Shown: positions 13,460 to 25,769 of the stretch, piece by piece | Layout: every line of letters starts with the position of its first letter | How positions within the stretch are numbered: position 1 is the first letter of the stretch | DNA from: Scyliorhinus canicula | Taxonomy: Eukaryota | Direction: 5' to 3' | DNA: 64,000 nt | Assembly: GCF_902713615.1 (NCBI RefSeq) | Contig: NC_052146.1 | Coordinates: 70,823,238-70,887,237, forward strand | Translations under genes and position numbers: made by a program | Notes under the pieces: model-generated | Told to the model about the DNA's origin: nothing | The model's input: only the letters and a program-made list of their open reading frames with translations | Databases searched by the model: none

Positions 13460-13549
13460 GTTAGATGGCCTTTAGTTTTTGACTTCCCATGTCGGTGCAA
13501 CATCGTGGGCCGAAGGGCCTGTACTGCGTTGTATCGTTCTATGTTCTAT

Positions 13550-14035
13550 GATAGTATGCTGCAGTCTGCACTGTTACCCTGTGGGATAGTATGCTGCAGT
13601 GTTATTCTGAGGGATAGTATACTGCAGTCTGCACTGTTACCCTGTGGGATAGTATGCTGCAGTCTGCACTGTTACCCTGAGGGATTGCATGCTGCAGTTT
13701 GCACTGTTACCCTGAGGAATTGCATGCTGCACTGCACTGTTACCCTGAGGGATTGCATGCTGCAGTGCTATTCTGAGGGATAGTATGCTGCAGTCTGCAC
13801 TGTTACCCTGAGGGATTGCATGCTGCAGTTTGCACTGTTACCCCGAGGGATTGCATGCTGCAGTTTGCACTGTTACCCTGAGGGATTGCATGCTGCAGTT
13901 TGCACTGTTACCCTGAGGGATTGCATGCTGCAGTGCTATTCTGAGGGATAGTATGCTGCAGTTTGCACTGTTACCCTGAGGGATTTGATGCTGCAGTGTG
14001 TGCTGTTACCCTGAGGGATTGGGTGCTGTGGTCTG
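13550..14035. repeat. Same 63-bp minisatellite, right part
   Basis: Same 35/28-bp subunits as 9165-10317. Confidence 0.9.
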
Positions 14036-14153
14036 CATGCTTAATTTTTAGACTTTATCCTCGAGTCCTAGACTCCCCAACCAACCATGCAAGAGTCAGT
14101 GCTAGTTCAGTTGCTGAGCTTTTGTCTGAAAGATTTCTTCATTCCATGTGCAG

Positions 14154-14270
14154 GGACTGCGGAAGAGAGAACTTCTAAAGGAGATGCTTCCTGTGATTGG
14201 ACAGAACCTCCGATTCCAGAGACTCTTCACGGAGTATCAGGACCAGCTGGATCTCCTGAGAGACAAGTAG
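14154..14270 (+). CDS. HIRA: HIRA last coding exon
   Basis: gtgcag| acceptor. GLRKRELLKEMLPVIGQNLRFQRLFTEYQDQLDLLRDK then TAG, matching the HIRA C-terminus. Confidence 0.98.
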   Translation, partial: GLRKRELLKEMLPVIGQNLRFQRLFTEYQDQLDLLRDK

Positions 14271-15007
14271 CACTACCCAGTAATTCTTTGAAGATCTGAC
14301 TGTGGTAGTTCTCTGGGAGATTTGCTGTGGTCAGCCGGTGACCCAGCTTGGAAGAGACGGACTTTTGAGGATTGGAGGTTCAGCCTTAGAGATGCGTCTA
14401 CGTTTTGTTACACCAAGCTGGCCTACGCCAGGTGATGACGTTCTCACAGAAACAACGCTGCAGGTCTGAATGCATCACTTTACAACTAGCGGCTGTGCTG
14501 TGCACACGAGAGATGATTTACGGCTGTACTGCAGGATATCGGTGACCAGGGGGCTGATGCTCCACCCAGAGTTTGGTTGGAAGCGACCAAGATTAAAGAC
14601 CCTATCCAACTTGTAAAGTACACTGCCCCCTTACCAGATAGAGTGACTTTGCAGCCCTTGCCCACGATAAGCTACCAAGTCCAATGCTGTATGACACTCA
14701 GCAGTTTACTGGCTATTCCTTTCCACAGAACGGGAAGAGCAACACAGATGTGAAAGCTGCCAGACTTTGAGTCTTCTCAGTTAGATGATGAACTGCTGAG
14801 TTCAGACTTTTCATGATGTAGTTTTCTGTTTGCCTGATGTACTAAGTTACACATTTTGTTTACTGTCTGTCATTGTTAAAAGTGTGAATGGGAAAAAAAG
14901 AAATTCTAATGAGCGACCATGGACATGGCAGAGATGTACAGAAACCTAATCCGCCCTTTGGTACCTTTTAACTTTATACAGGCAAATTTTTTGTTCTTTT
15001 TTTATAA

Positions 15008-15013
15008 AATAAA
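15008..15013 (+). terminator. Probable HIRA polyadenylation signal (AATAAA)
   Basis: AATAAA about 740 bp after the stop, in a T-rich context followed by a GT/T-rich tract. Confidence 0.6.
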
Positions 15014-15374
15014 GATAGAATATTGCATCTGTTTTTCCCTGTTGGAATTACAACATTCCATGTAAAGCACCAAGAAGGCACCTCCCACATAGAAACAAGC
15101 TCAGTTATGTGTTACTGAGTTAGTTCTGTGTTAGGCAAACAGTGCAGATTATATTTGGTGGATTGAACAGTGATTTAAAAATATGTAAATGTATCAACAT
15201 TTAAATTATGAGCTTTGCACGGAGCCCAAGTCACTCAAGATTGAAGTAAGTGGTCTGCAGTATTAAGTTTGAAACCATAAGCGCCTCACGGTTTTACATT
15301 GGGTTGGATTTCTTTATTGTCATCTGAACCGAGGTACAGTGGAAGTATTGTTCTGCGTACAGTCCTGTCGGATG

Positions 15375-15552
15375 AAATGAAAATCGCTTATTGTCACAAG
15401 TAGGCTTCAAATTAAGTTACTGTGAGAACCCCCTAGTCGCCACATTCCGGCGCCTGTTTGGGGAGGCTGGTACGGAAATTGAACCGTGCTGCTGGCCTGC
15501 CTTGGTCTGCTTTCAAAGCCAGCTCTTTAGCCCAGTATGCTAAACCAGCCCC
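15375..15552 (-). mobile_element. Family B SINE
   Basis: gaaatgaaaatcgcttattgtcacaagtaggc...gctaaaccagcccc, the reverse of 2438-2600. Confidence 0.8.
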
Positions 15553-16442
15553 AGTGTCTCATTCCATACTTGGGGAAAAAAAACATAGGGCAACAAAAAT
15601 ACACTTGACTTCCCATGAATACATTTGACTACCCAGTATCCTGAACATAAAAGCAAGACAAGAACTGTGAGCTTAGTGATGCAGTGCAGCAATTGGATCC
15701 CCTTCCCTAACACTCGGAGGTCAAAAGCAGAACCCTATGTTTCAAACCTGGATGGCAAACTATTTGCTACAGCGTAAATGTAGTACTAAACTGCTTTGTC
15801 TCCACACTCATACTTTCAAACTTCTGGTTGTAATCTGTTGATTAACCTTCACATTGAGGAATGGAAACAAACTTGGAAGGAATCATAGAGCCGTTGGGGC
15901 ACAGAATGAGACCACGTGGCCCCTGACAGTGTACTATTTCCGAATTATTCCTTTACTTGGCTCCTGACTCTGTACTGGTTCAGAATGAAACAATTTGGTT
16001 CCTGATGCCATACTGGTTCTCTATAGAGCAATCGAGTAATTCCCAATCCCTTGTTCTATCCCTGTAGCCCTTCAAATTTATTTCCTCAAGTTCCTGTCCA
16101 ATTTCCTTTTGAAATCATTGATTCCACTTCCATCAAACTCGAGGGTAGAAAGTTCCAGGTCATTGCACTTGATGTGTAAAAATGCTCTTCTACACATCCC
16201 TTCTGCATCTCTTGCCCCAAATCTTAAATATGTGTTCCCTAGTCCTTGTACCAACAGTTAATGGGACCACATATCTATGTCAGCCTTTTAGAAACCTGTC
16301 AGTAATGTTGTATACCTCGATCAGATCTCATCTCAATCACTTTTGCTCCATGGAGAACAACTCCAGCTTATCATCCCTGGAACTATTCTGGTAAATTTCC
16401 TCTGCATCCTCTCAAGGACCCTCAAACCCTTCCTAATTTGTG

Positions 16443-16957
16443 ATAGAATAAGAACATAGAAGGTGGCCATTCGGCCCATCGAGTCTGCACTGACCCACTT
16501 AAGTCCTCGCTTGCCACCCTATCCCTGTAACCCGATAACCCCTCCTAACCTTTTTTGGGCACCAAGGGCAATTTATCATGGCCAATTCACCTAACCTGCA
16601 CGTCTTTGGATTGTGGGAGGAAACCGGAGCACCCGGACATAGGCATAGAACATACAGTGCAGAAGGAGGCCATTCGGCCCATCGAGTCTGCACCGATCCA
16701 CTTGAGCCCTCGCTTCCACCCTATTCCCAATAACCCCATCTAACCTTTTTGGACACTAAGGGCAATTTAGCATGGTCAATCCACCTAACCTGCACGTCTT
16801 TGGACTGTGGGAGGAAACCGGAGCACCCGGAGGAAACCCACGCAGACACGGGGCGAATGTGCAGACACCGCACAGACAGTGACCCAGCGCGGAATCAAAC
16901 CTGGGACCCTGGCGCTGTGAAGCCACAGTGCTAATCACTTGTGCTACTGTGCTTCCC
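16443..16957 (-). mobile_element. Two tandem HE1-like SINE copies (first one 5'-truncated)
   Basis: The tail gaaggaggccattcggcccatcgagtctgcac and the body aggaaaccggagcacccg each occur twice. Confidence 0.8.
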
Positions 16958-18456
16958 GTGATGATCAGAACTACAGAAAATACCCTATTTGGGCCCTAAC
17001 CCTAACCAGAACTTTTATAAAGGTTCAACATAACTAGCCTGCTTTTTTATTTAATAACTCTTTTTATGAAGTCCAAGATTTCATATGCTTTGCTAATTAC
17101 TATCTCAGTGTATGTGATGCTACCTTCAAAGATCTAAGCAAATTGGCCCCAGCTTCCTCTGTCCTTGCACATTCTTTAGAAATATACTATTGGGTCCATA
17201 ATGATTCTCCCTACCTGTCTGCCAAAATGCATCATTACACACTTCTCTGCATTCAATTCCATTTGCCCATTTCTGCTAACTTATCTATGTCCTGTTGCAG
17301 CCAATTCTCACCGTATGCCACACCTCTCGAGTTTGGCTCCAAATTTAAAAATGTTATCCTCTATTCCAATATCCAAATCGTTTATATGTACCAAAAAATC
17401 AATGGGCGTAGCACTAACCCATGGGACATCAGTGTGTGTCATGCACTAACTTGGTAAGATTGGAAGATTATGGTAAACACTTCTGCAAGCTACACCCGAC
17501 TTCAGCAACCTGGGGTGCAAGCCATTTGTAGCAGCTAACTTATCCACTGTATGCTTAGCAGTCCTTTCACTACGTCCTGCCCATCAATTTCCACCCCATC
17601 CATTATTTATTTCCATCTCCACTTCTACCTATGTTTTGCCAGCATCCTTTGGCTTAGTGAACACAGTTACAGATACTCATTGAATAAGCCAGCCTTGTAC
17701 TGCACCTCTAAGTATACCTCACCCTCTTTGCCCCTTTTAGGATTCACATTACTTCTTACTAACTACTTCCTATTTACATGCTGGTAGAAGATTGATCGGT
17801 TCCCTTTTATGGTAATTAATATTGTGGTCTTAAATTTCTCTTTGCCAGTCTTGCTTGTGTTGCTCTCAACTCACTGTATTTGGTCCAATTCTTGCTTGAA
17901 AAATGCATCTAACATACGTCATAAGTCCTTTGGTGCTCCTACCTTTTGGCTTTGTTGGGATGTACCTGGGCTATACCTGAAACATAAAAAATCACACATT
18001 GTTTTTCCCATGGTTTCATTTTACCCTGGATAAAGCCCCTCCCATCCCTTTGAAATTAACCCTCTTTGAATTTAGAAGTTTTGCTTGCACTACTCCAATG
18101 GTCCACTCGGCTCACCATTCCCAGCAGTCATTCCAAAATGAATCAAGACCATACTGGTCAAGGAAGTTCTCCTGAGCACATTTCAAAAAATCCTCTCCCT
18201 CACTAGTCAATAGGTCTTGCACATCTCTGATGTCCCTGCAGATTTGCTCCTCTAACACACACTCATTGTCTGGAGGCTCAGAGAATATCCCCAGTAGCGC
18301 CAGGAAGCACTTTTGGTTCTCAAATCTGAGCAAATAGATTTTGTCCTTACCCCCTCAAGGAGATTCTCTCTTTTCAATACTACAGTGTCATCCCTAGTTG
18401 GTACTGCAAACCCATCTCCCTTTTATCCTTCCCTATTTTTTGTGAACACATTGTAT

Positions 18457-18780
18457 CATAGAATCCCCACGGTGCAGAAGGAGACCATTCGGCCCATCAA
18501 GTCTGCGCTGGCCCTTCCAAAGAGCACCCTACATAGGCCCAATCACTGCTCTAGCCCTGCATCCCCACCCAACTTTTGGACACGAAAGGGCAATTTAGTG
18601 TGTCCAATCCACATAACCTGCACGTCTTTGGACTGTGGGAGGAAATGGAGCACCCGGAGGAAACCCACGCAGACGTGGGGAGAAAGTGCAAACTCCATAC
18701 AGTCACCCGAGGTTGGAATCAAACCCATGTCCCTGGCGCTGTGAGGCAGCAGTGCTAACCACTGTGCTACTGTGCCGCCC
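18457..18780 (-). mobile_element. HE1-like SINE
   Basis: Reverse-strand tRNA head gggcggcacagtagcacagtggttagcac with a CR1-like tail. Confidence 0.8.
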
Positions 18781-20130
18781 CATCCTTGACTATTTAAGCA
18801 GTAAGTACTCACCATTTTTGAGCCACGCTTCCACAGTTGCCACCTCATCATATTGCCTCATGGCTATTTGACCTTGTGCCTTACCAACCGTATTCGCACA
18901 TATTGCTTTGCGTGTTTACATATGTGCATTTTAAGCCTGTCTTTGTATTTCTTGTAGCCCTTCTTAGTCTGCTCCTATCTAATATGGTACTAGTTCCTTC
19001 TCTAGTACTATTCAACACTCACTTTATGCATCATATTCTTCTTTCCTACTTCTACATGGTGATACTCAACCTTCCCCCCCCCCCACCAATTTAGTTTAAA
19101 CTCTCTCCAACCACACCAGTGAACCTCCTGAGAATACAAAGCCTTCCATCCTGCACCAATGCCTCAAACCACGCATCGATCCCTTCTTCCTATTTCTACT
19201 TTGCTAATGTGCAGCAATGTGTAGTTCAGAGAGTACGCCATATGAGGTATATTTTAACTTGCTCTCTTACTCTTGAAAATGTGACCATAGAACCTTAATA
19301 CATGTGCCCTCTATGTTGATGGTACCGGTACATACCACAACTTCTGGCACACTCTTGCCCCTGCAAAATATTTTGCACTCATCCGGCTGGAAGGAAATAT
19401 ATCTTGTGGGATTCACAGTGATGGTTACAGAAATACCTGTCTTGTCACCCAAATTATTGGACCTTTAATAATGACATGTTCTAATCTTTGCTCTTCCCTC
19501 CTGTGCAGTTCCTTGCCCATTGGTGCCATAGTATGGACATTCCTTCAAGATGCTGTCACTCCCAGCAGTTCACAATGCTGAGTACCTATTTGAGAGTGGC
19601 ACCTACATCGAAGACTCCAGCACTTCCGGATGGTCATCCTTCTGCACTGTACATTCTATGATAATCTATGATAGTCTATGATAATCCATCTACTATCTTG
19701 AATTCTCAATCCCTGTGGGGTGGCCACCTCCTGCAATATATGACCCTAGAAACACTATCCTCTCCATGGCTCTGCAGTGACTCTAGTTGTTCCTCAAGCT
19801 CAGAAACCCTGAGCTCAGGCAGATGGAGCGCCAGCCTATATATGGCACATGAAGTATCCTGAAGTTCCAACACAGTATGGCAATTACAAGAAGTAGGTCT
19901 CAGTTGCACATCATAATCTTAAAAAAGATATCTTCCTCTGGTTAGTATCTTGTTTAACCTATTAATTTCAGCTAGTGGCTCTTGATCAGCTTTATTGAAA
20001 GAAAAGAGAAATTCCTGTGTGTCACACATTTATTGTGTCGTCTTCCCCCCCCCCCCCCCCCCCCCGCAAACATTGCGAGTCCAGCAGAAATTACTCGTAT
20101 TTCATCAAAACTCTCTCTTAGACCCACCCA

Positions 20131-20280
20131 GTGGGGTGATCATGGCTCCCCCTGGTGGCTGATGGCCACAATGTGCGTGCTCACAAAAGGAGACTCCCAG
20201 ACTCAGTCTCCTACAGGCTGTCTTAGAAATGAGAGACAAGGCACCCATCCCTAAGGGACACCGGACAATCAAAGTAAGAG
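20131..20280. repeat. ~150-bp direct repeat, copy 1 (contains a CTCF-like motif)
   Basis: gtggggtgatcatggctccccctggtggctgatgg...agacaaggcacccatccctaaggg recurs at 20639-20971. Confidence 0.9.
20144..20162 (-). promoter_or_regulatory. CTCF-like motif (reverse)
   Basis: Minus strand reads TCAGCCACCAGGGGGAGCC versus consensus CCACCAGGGGGCGC. Confidence 0.55.
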
Positions 20281-20638
20281 TCTAACTCAGTTTTTGCTCT
20301 GGGTCTTCTCTGCTACTGGTGCCCGGCTTGCTCTGAGACCACTGTTATCTCCATCTTGATCTTGTTCTGGTCAACATTATCTAAGTCAACCTACCCTAAA
20401 TGAACTTGAGCTTTATTCGCTTTCTGTTTGTAGTGTTAGGTTCACTCCAATGGGCGCTTTGCAGCCTTGTGTGGGCAGGATTTGGAGCTGTGCTGTATCA
20501 CACTAGGGTGGAATATGTTCCCTGTGGCCGCTGCTGATGTCTAATCAGGGAGAGTGTAAAACAATGGATACATTAACTGTGGGCAAGTGGAGGGGTGTTT
20601 GTTGTATTAGTGTTGCTGCCGACCCATAAGAACAAATA

Positions 20639-20971
20639 GTGGGGTGATCATGGCTCCCCCTGGTGGCTGATGGCAACAATGTGCGTGCTCACAAGAAACG
20701 GTCTCCTGAAATGAAAATGAAATGAAAATCGCTTATTGTCACAAGTAGACTTCAATGAAGTTACTGTGAAAAGCCCCTAGTCACCAGATTCAGGCGCCTG
20801 TCCGGGGAGGCTGGTACGGGAATCGAACCGTGCGGCTGGCCTGCTTGGTCTGCTTCAAAAGCCAGCGATTAGCCCTGTGAGCCCTGTGAGCTAAACCAGC
20901 CTCCTACAGGCTGTCCTAGGAATGAGAGACAAGGCACCCATCCCTAAGGGTCACCGGACAATCAAAATAAG
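20639..20971. repeat. Direct repeat copy 2, interrupted by a family B SINE (20708-20900, minus strand, CTCCT duplication)
   Basis: CTCCT at 20703-20707 and 20901-20905 flanks the SINE. Removing it restores alignment with copy 1. Confidence 0.85.
20652..20670 (-). promoter_or_regulatory. CTCF-like motif (reverse), second copy
   Basis: Identical to 20144-20162. Confidence 0.55.
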
Positions 20972-21599
20972 AGGCAATCTCTGGAAATATGGGACACTTA
21001 ATCACCCAGGCGCCTATTCTGTCTGGGATTTAAGCATTAAAGTCAAGAGGGAGCGAGCTAACTGGATCATTAATATACTGGATTGAAGTGGAAATTGGCT
21101 GGATAGAACTTTTATTGAATAAGCTTTAAATTTTGATCTAAGTAATATTAACAATCTTGACAGAAATTCTTATAGAGTCTTCATTTGTAAAGTGGAGTGA
21201 AATATCACCAGCCAGTATGAACTCTAGTTACAGAAGGGTTTGGTGGAGCAGGTTTGAGGGTCTGAATGGCCTATTCTTATTTCAATGCCCCAAGTCATTT
21301 GAACCCTGTGCAAATTGCCATTCTTCACACTGTATTTCACATTTCCAACATTGCAGTAAGGTGCCATAGCTGATTTTTTAAATTCACTCCAGGGATATTA
21401 GCAGCACTGGCAGAGCCAGCATTTATTACCCATTCCTAACTACCCTCAAGAAGATGGTGATGAGCTGCTATCTTGAACTGCTGCAGCCACACTCACAGTT
21501 CACTTCGGGTGGATGTTCCAGTATTTTCACCCAGTGATAGTGATAATCAGCAATTTATGTGACTTGGAGGGGAATATGCAGGTCATGATCTTCACATAC

Positions 21600-23523
21600 A
21601 ATAGGTCTCGGCATCTAAAAACTGACAAAGTGCTTGAGTACAGTGAAAGTAGGAAGGAACTTAAATGTGGAATTAGGAGGGCTAAAATGGGCTGTGAAAC
21701 GTCTTTAGCAAACATGGTCAAGGAGAATCCCAAGGCTTTTTATGCATATATTCGGAGCAAGAGGGTAGCAAGAGAAAGTGCAGGCACATTCGAGGACAAT
21801 GGAGGGAAGTTATGCGTGGAACCACAGGAAGTGGGTGAAATCCTTAATGAGCACTTTATATCGTTTTCACCAGGGAGAAGGACAGGACGGATGTTGAGGT
21901 CAGGGATAGGTGTGTGAACACTCTTGAGAATGTCAATATATCAAAGGAGGAAATGTTGAGTATCCTAAATTGCATTAAGATACACAGGTCCCCGGGGCCA
22001 GTTGGGATCTATCACAGGTTACTGCGGGAGGCAAGGGGAGAAATAGCTGGGGCCATAACAGATATCTTCACATCCTTTTTGACCACAGGCGAGGTTCCAG
22101 AGGACTGGAGAATAGCCAGTATTGTCCCCTTGATTAAGAAAGGAAGGAAGGGTAATCCAGCAAATTATAGACCAGTGAGCCTGACATCAGTAGTGGGGAA
22201 GCTTTTGGAAAAGATATTGAGGAACGGATATCTGCACATTTAGAGGAAAATGGACTAATTAGTGACAGGCAGCATAGTTTTGTACAGAGAAGCTCATATC
22301 TCACCAACTTGGTGAGTTTTTTGAAGAGGTGACAAAGAAAATTGATGAGGGAAGGGCTGTAGCTGTAGTATATATGGACTTTAGTAAGGCATTTGACAAG
22401 GTCCCACATGGCAGACCGATACAAAAACTAAAAACATGGGATTCTGGGTGGGCTGGAAAGGTGGATACAGAACTGGCTTGGTTAAAGAAGACTGAGAGTC
22501 GTGGTGGAAGGGTGTTTCTCAGAATGGGGATCTATAGTTGGTGGTGTTCCGCAAGGATCAGTGCTGGGGCCTCTGTCGTTTGTAGTGTATATAAATGATC
22601 TGGAGGAAAATGTGGATGGTCTGATTAGTAAGTTTGAAAATGAAACGAAGATTGGCAGAGTAGCTGATAATGCCGAGGATTGTCAGAGGATAGATTGGAG
22701 ACTTGGGCACAGAAATGGCAGATGGAATTTAATCCGGACAAATGTGAGGTGATACATTTTGGAGGATCAAATCTAGCTATGAATTATATTGTAAATGGTA
22801 GAACCCTTGGGAATATTAATATACAGAGGGATCTGGGGGTGCAGGTCCACAGTTCCCTAAAAGTGGCAACACAGGTGGCCAAGCTGATTAAGAAGGCATA
22901 TAGCGTGCTTGCCTTCATCAGCTGGGGCATTGAATACAGGAGTTGGGAAATCATGTTGCAGCTACAGATAACCTTGGTTAGGCCGCATTTGCATGCAGTT
23001 CTGGTCACCACATTATCAGAAGGACGTGGTGACTTTGGAGAGAATGCAAAGAAGGTTCACCAGAATGTTGCCTGGTCTCAAGGGTGTTGGCTATGAGGAA
23101 AGGTTGAATAAACTAGGATTGTTTTCACTGGAAAGACGGAGGCTGAGGGGAGACCTGATCGAGGACTACAAAATTATGAGAGGCACAGACAGGGTGGATA
23201 GTCAGAGGCTTTTTCCAAGGGTGAACGTATCGATTACAAGGGAGCACATGTTCAAGGTGAGAGGGGGAAAGTTTAAGGGAGATGTGCGGGTAAGTTTTTC
23301 ACGCAGAGTGGTGGGTGCGTGGAATGCGCTGCCAGAGGTTGTGGTGGAAGCAGGCACATTAGCAACATTTAGGAGGCATCTGGATGGGTACATGAATAGG
23401 GAGGAAATAGAGGGATATGGATCTAGTAAGGACAGAAAGGTTTATTTTAGTTAGGGCATCATGATCAGCACAGGCTTGGAGGGTCGTAGGATCTGTTCCT
23501 GTGCTGTACTTGTCTTTGTTCTA
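21600..23523 (+). mobile_element. Degenerate CR1 ORF2 3' half
   Basis: Fragments [33 protein letters not shown] and RRRLRGDL in shifting frames, plus a CR1 3' tail. Confidence 0.9.
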
Positions 23524-24200
23524 TCTGTTGCCCTTGCCCTTCTAGGTGGTTGGGATTGTGGTTTTGGAAGGTGCATCAATTTGGAAAGTGCTGTCGAAAG
23601 AGCCTAGATGAGGTGCTGAAGTGCATCTTGTACCTGGTACACATTAAAATCAGGATGTGCTGATGGTGTTGGGGGTGAGTGTTTAAGGCTGTGGATGGGG
23701 TTCCAATCAAATAGGCTACTTTGCCTTTAGATTTGCATCAATTGTTGCTGGAATTGCATTCTTCTAGTCAAGTGGAGAGCTCTCCTCACACTCCTGAGTT
23801 GTGCTTTGTAGATGTTGGACAGGCTTTGGTGAGTCTGGATTGATTTGATTGATTTATTGTCACATGTACCAAAGTGCAGTGAAAAGCATTTTTGTACGGC
23901 CAATGGAACATACACAGTACATACATAGTAGACAAAAAGAATAATCAACAAAGTACATGAACAAGTATTGATTGGTTACAGTGCGGAACAAGGGCCAAAC
24001 AAAGCAAATAGATGAGCAAGAGCAGCATAGGCCTGCAACAGAATTCCCAGGCTCCAAAAAGCTCTTGTAATCAGAGTGTTTATGTGTGGGCCCAGTTAAG
24101 TTTCTCATTCATGGTACCTCCTGGATGTTGATGTGGAGGATTCAGCAAGGGAGATGGGTAGATACTCTCAATTTTTATTGATTCACAAGATGAGGTTCAA

Positions 24201-24521
24201 AGAATAGAAATTCCTACAGTGCAGAAGGAAGCCATTTGGCCCATCGGGTCTGCACCGATCCTCTGAAAGAGCACCCCATCCACGCCCACTCCGTCACCCT
24301 ATACCCGTAACCCCATAACCCAACCTAACCAGCACACCTTTAACATGGTCAATCCACCTAACCTGCACATCTTTGGACTGTGGGAGGAAACCAGGGCACC
24401 CGGAGGAAACCCATGCAGACACGGGGAGAATGTACAAACTCCACACAAAGTCACCCAGACTGGAATTGGACCTGGTCCCTGCCGTTGTGAGGTAGCTGTG
24501 CTAACCACTGTGCCACCGCCC
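24201..24521 (-). mobile_element. HE1-like SINE
   Basis: Same head, body and tail as other copies, on the reverse strand. Confidence 0.8.
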
Positions 24522-24654
24522 AATGTTTCAGACGGTGATGGTGTGCTACCTTCATGAACCACTGCAATCCATGTGTTGTCGGAACACCCACATTATTAGT
24601 AATGGAATTCTCGGATTTTGATCCGGCGACAGTGAAGGAATGGCGATGTAATTT

Positions 24655-24872
24655 CATGATGTGGAGATGCCGGTGTTGGACTGGGGTGAGCACAGTAAGA
24701 AGTCTTACAACACCAGGTTAAAGTCCAACAGGTTTATTTGGAATCACTAGCTTTCGGAGCACTGCTTCTTCCTCAGGTGAATGATTCACTTGTGGAAGGA
24801 GCAGTGCCCCGAAAGCTAGTGATTTGAAACATAACCTGTTTGACTTCAACCTGGTGTTGTAAGACTTCTTAC
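24655..24872. mobile_element. Penelope-like terminal repeat forming an ~88-bp-arm palindrome (24695-24782 / 24784-24872)
   Basis: The arms are near reverse complements around a single G. The same repeat recurs at 45122-45198. The Penelope assignment is from recalled vertebrate PLE termini. Confidence 0.65.
24742..24782 (-). ncRNA. Minimal type I hammerhead ribozyme-like motif
   Basis: Minus strand: ATTCAC CTGAGGA A GAAGC-AGT-GCTCC GAA AGCT A GTGATT. This gives core CUGANGA/GAAA, a palindromic AGCU stem III and a TCAC/GTGA stem I. Confidence 0.55.
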
Positions 24873-25769
24873 AATGTAATTTCAAGTCAGGATGGTGTGT
24901 GACTTCGAGGGGAACTTGCAGGTGGTGATATTCTCCTACATCTGCTGCTCTTGTCCTTCTAAGTGGTAGAAGTTGCAAGTTTTGGAAGGTGCTGTTGAAA
25001 GAGCCTTGGTGAGTTGCTGCAGTGTATCTTGTAGATGGTACATAGTGCTGCCACTGTGCATCGATGGTAGAGGGAGTGAATTTTTAAGGTGATGGATAGG
25101 GTACCAATCAAGCAGGCTGTTCTGTCCTGTGGGGGAGGGGGAGGGGGGTGGTGGTGTTGAGGTTTCTGAGTGTAGTTGGAACTGCACACATCCAGGCAAG
25201 TGGAGAGTATTCCATTGCACTCCTGGCTTGTGCCTTGTAGATGGTGGACAGGCTTTGGGGAGTTTGGAGGTGAGTTACTCGCTTGTTGGAATGACTTATT
25301 GTGTTGTATAGATACAACTTGCTATTTATCAACCCAAGCCTGAATGTTGTTTCTGTCTTGCTGCATGGGCTTCAGACTACTTTGGTTACTTCGGTATCTG
25401 AGGTGCTGTGAGTGGTACTGAAGCTGCAATTGTCAGTGAGCATCCACACTTGTTAGCTTATTTATCTCCAGCTGTAAATATAAAGACATATAGTAAGAGC
25501 TTTTAATAGATATTTTTAAAAGAAAATAGTGAACAAAGTGAGTGGTGGTTCAAGAAAAAATTAGTCTGGGGAATCAATAATGGAAAATGGGGAGATGGCC
25601 GATTAACTGAACAGGCATATTCATCAGTCTTCACTGCAGGATACAAGTAACATCCTAGAAATAGCTATAAATCAGGAATTGTAAGGAAAGGAGGAACTCA
25701 AAAATATTTATAATCACCAGGAAAGCAGTACCAAGCAAATTACTGGATCTGCAGGCTGACAAGTCCCCA

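Larger units (their letters stand above)
10318..13549 (+). mobile_element. 5'-truncated young CR1 LINE inserted in the minisatellite
   Basis: Contains the ORF1 esterase tail, ORF2 endonuclease and RT, and a (gttctat)n 3' tail. The minisatellite resumes in register on both sides with only a GA overlap. Confidence 0.95.

Noticed and set aside
9165-14035. CRISPR-like regular repeats
   Set aside because: Tandem units have no unique spacers, there are no cas genes, and the context is eukaryotic.
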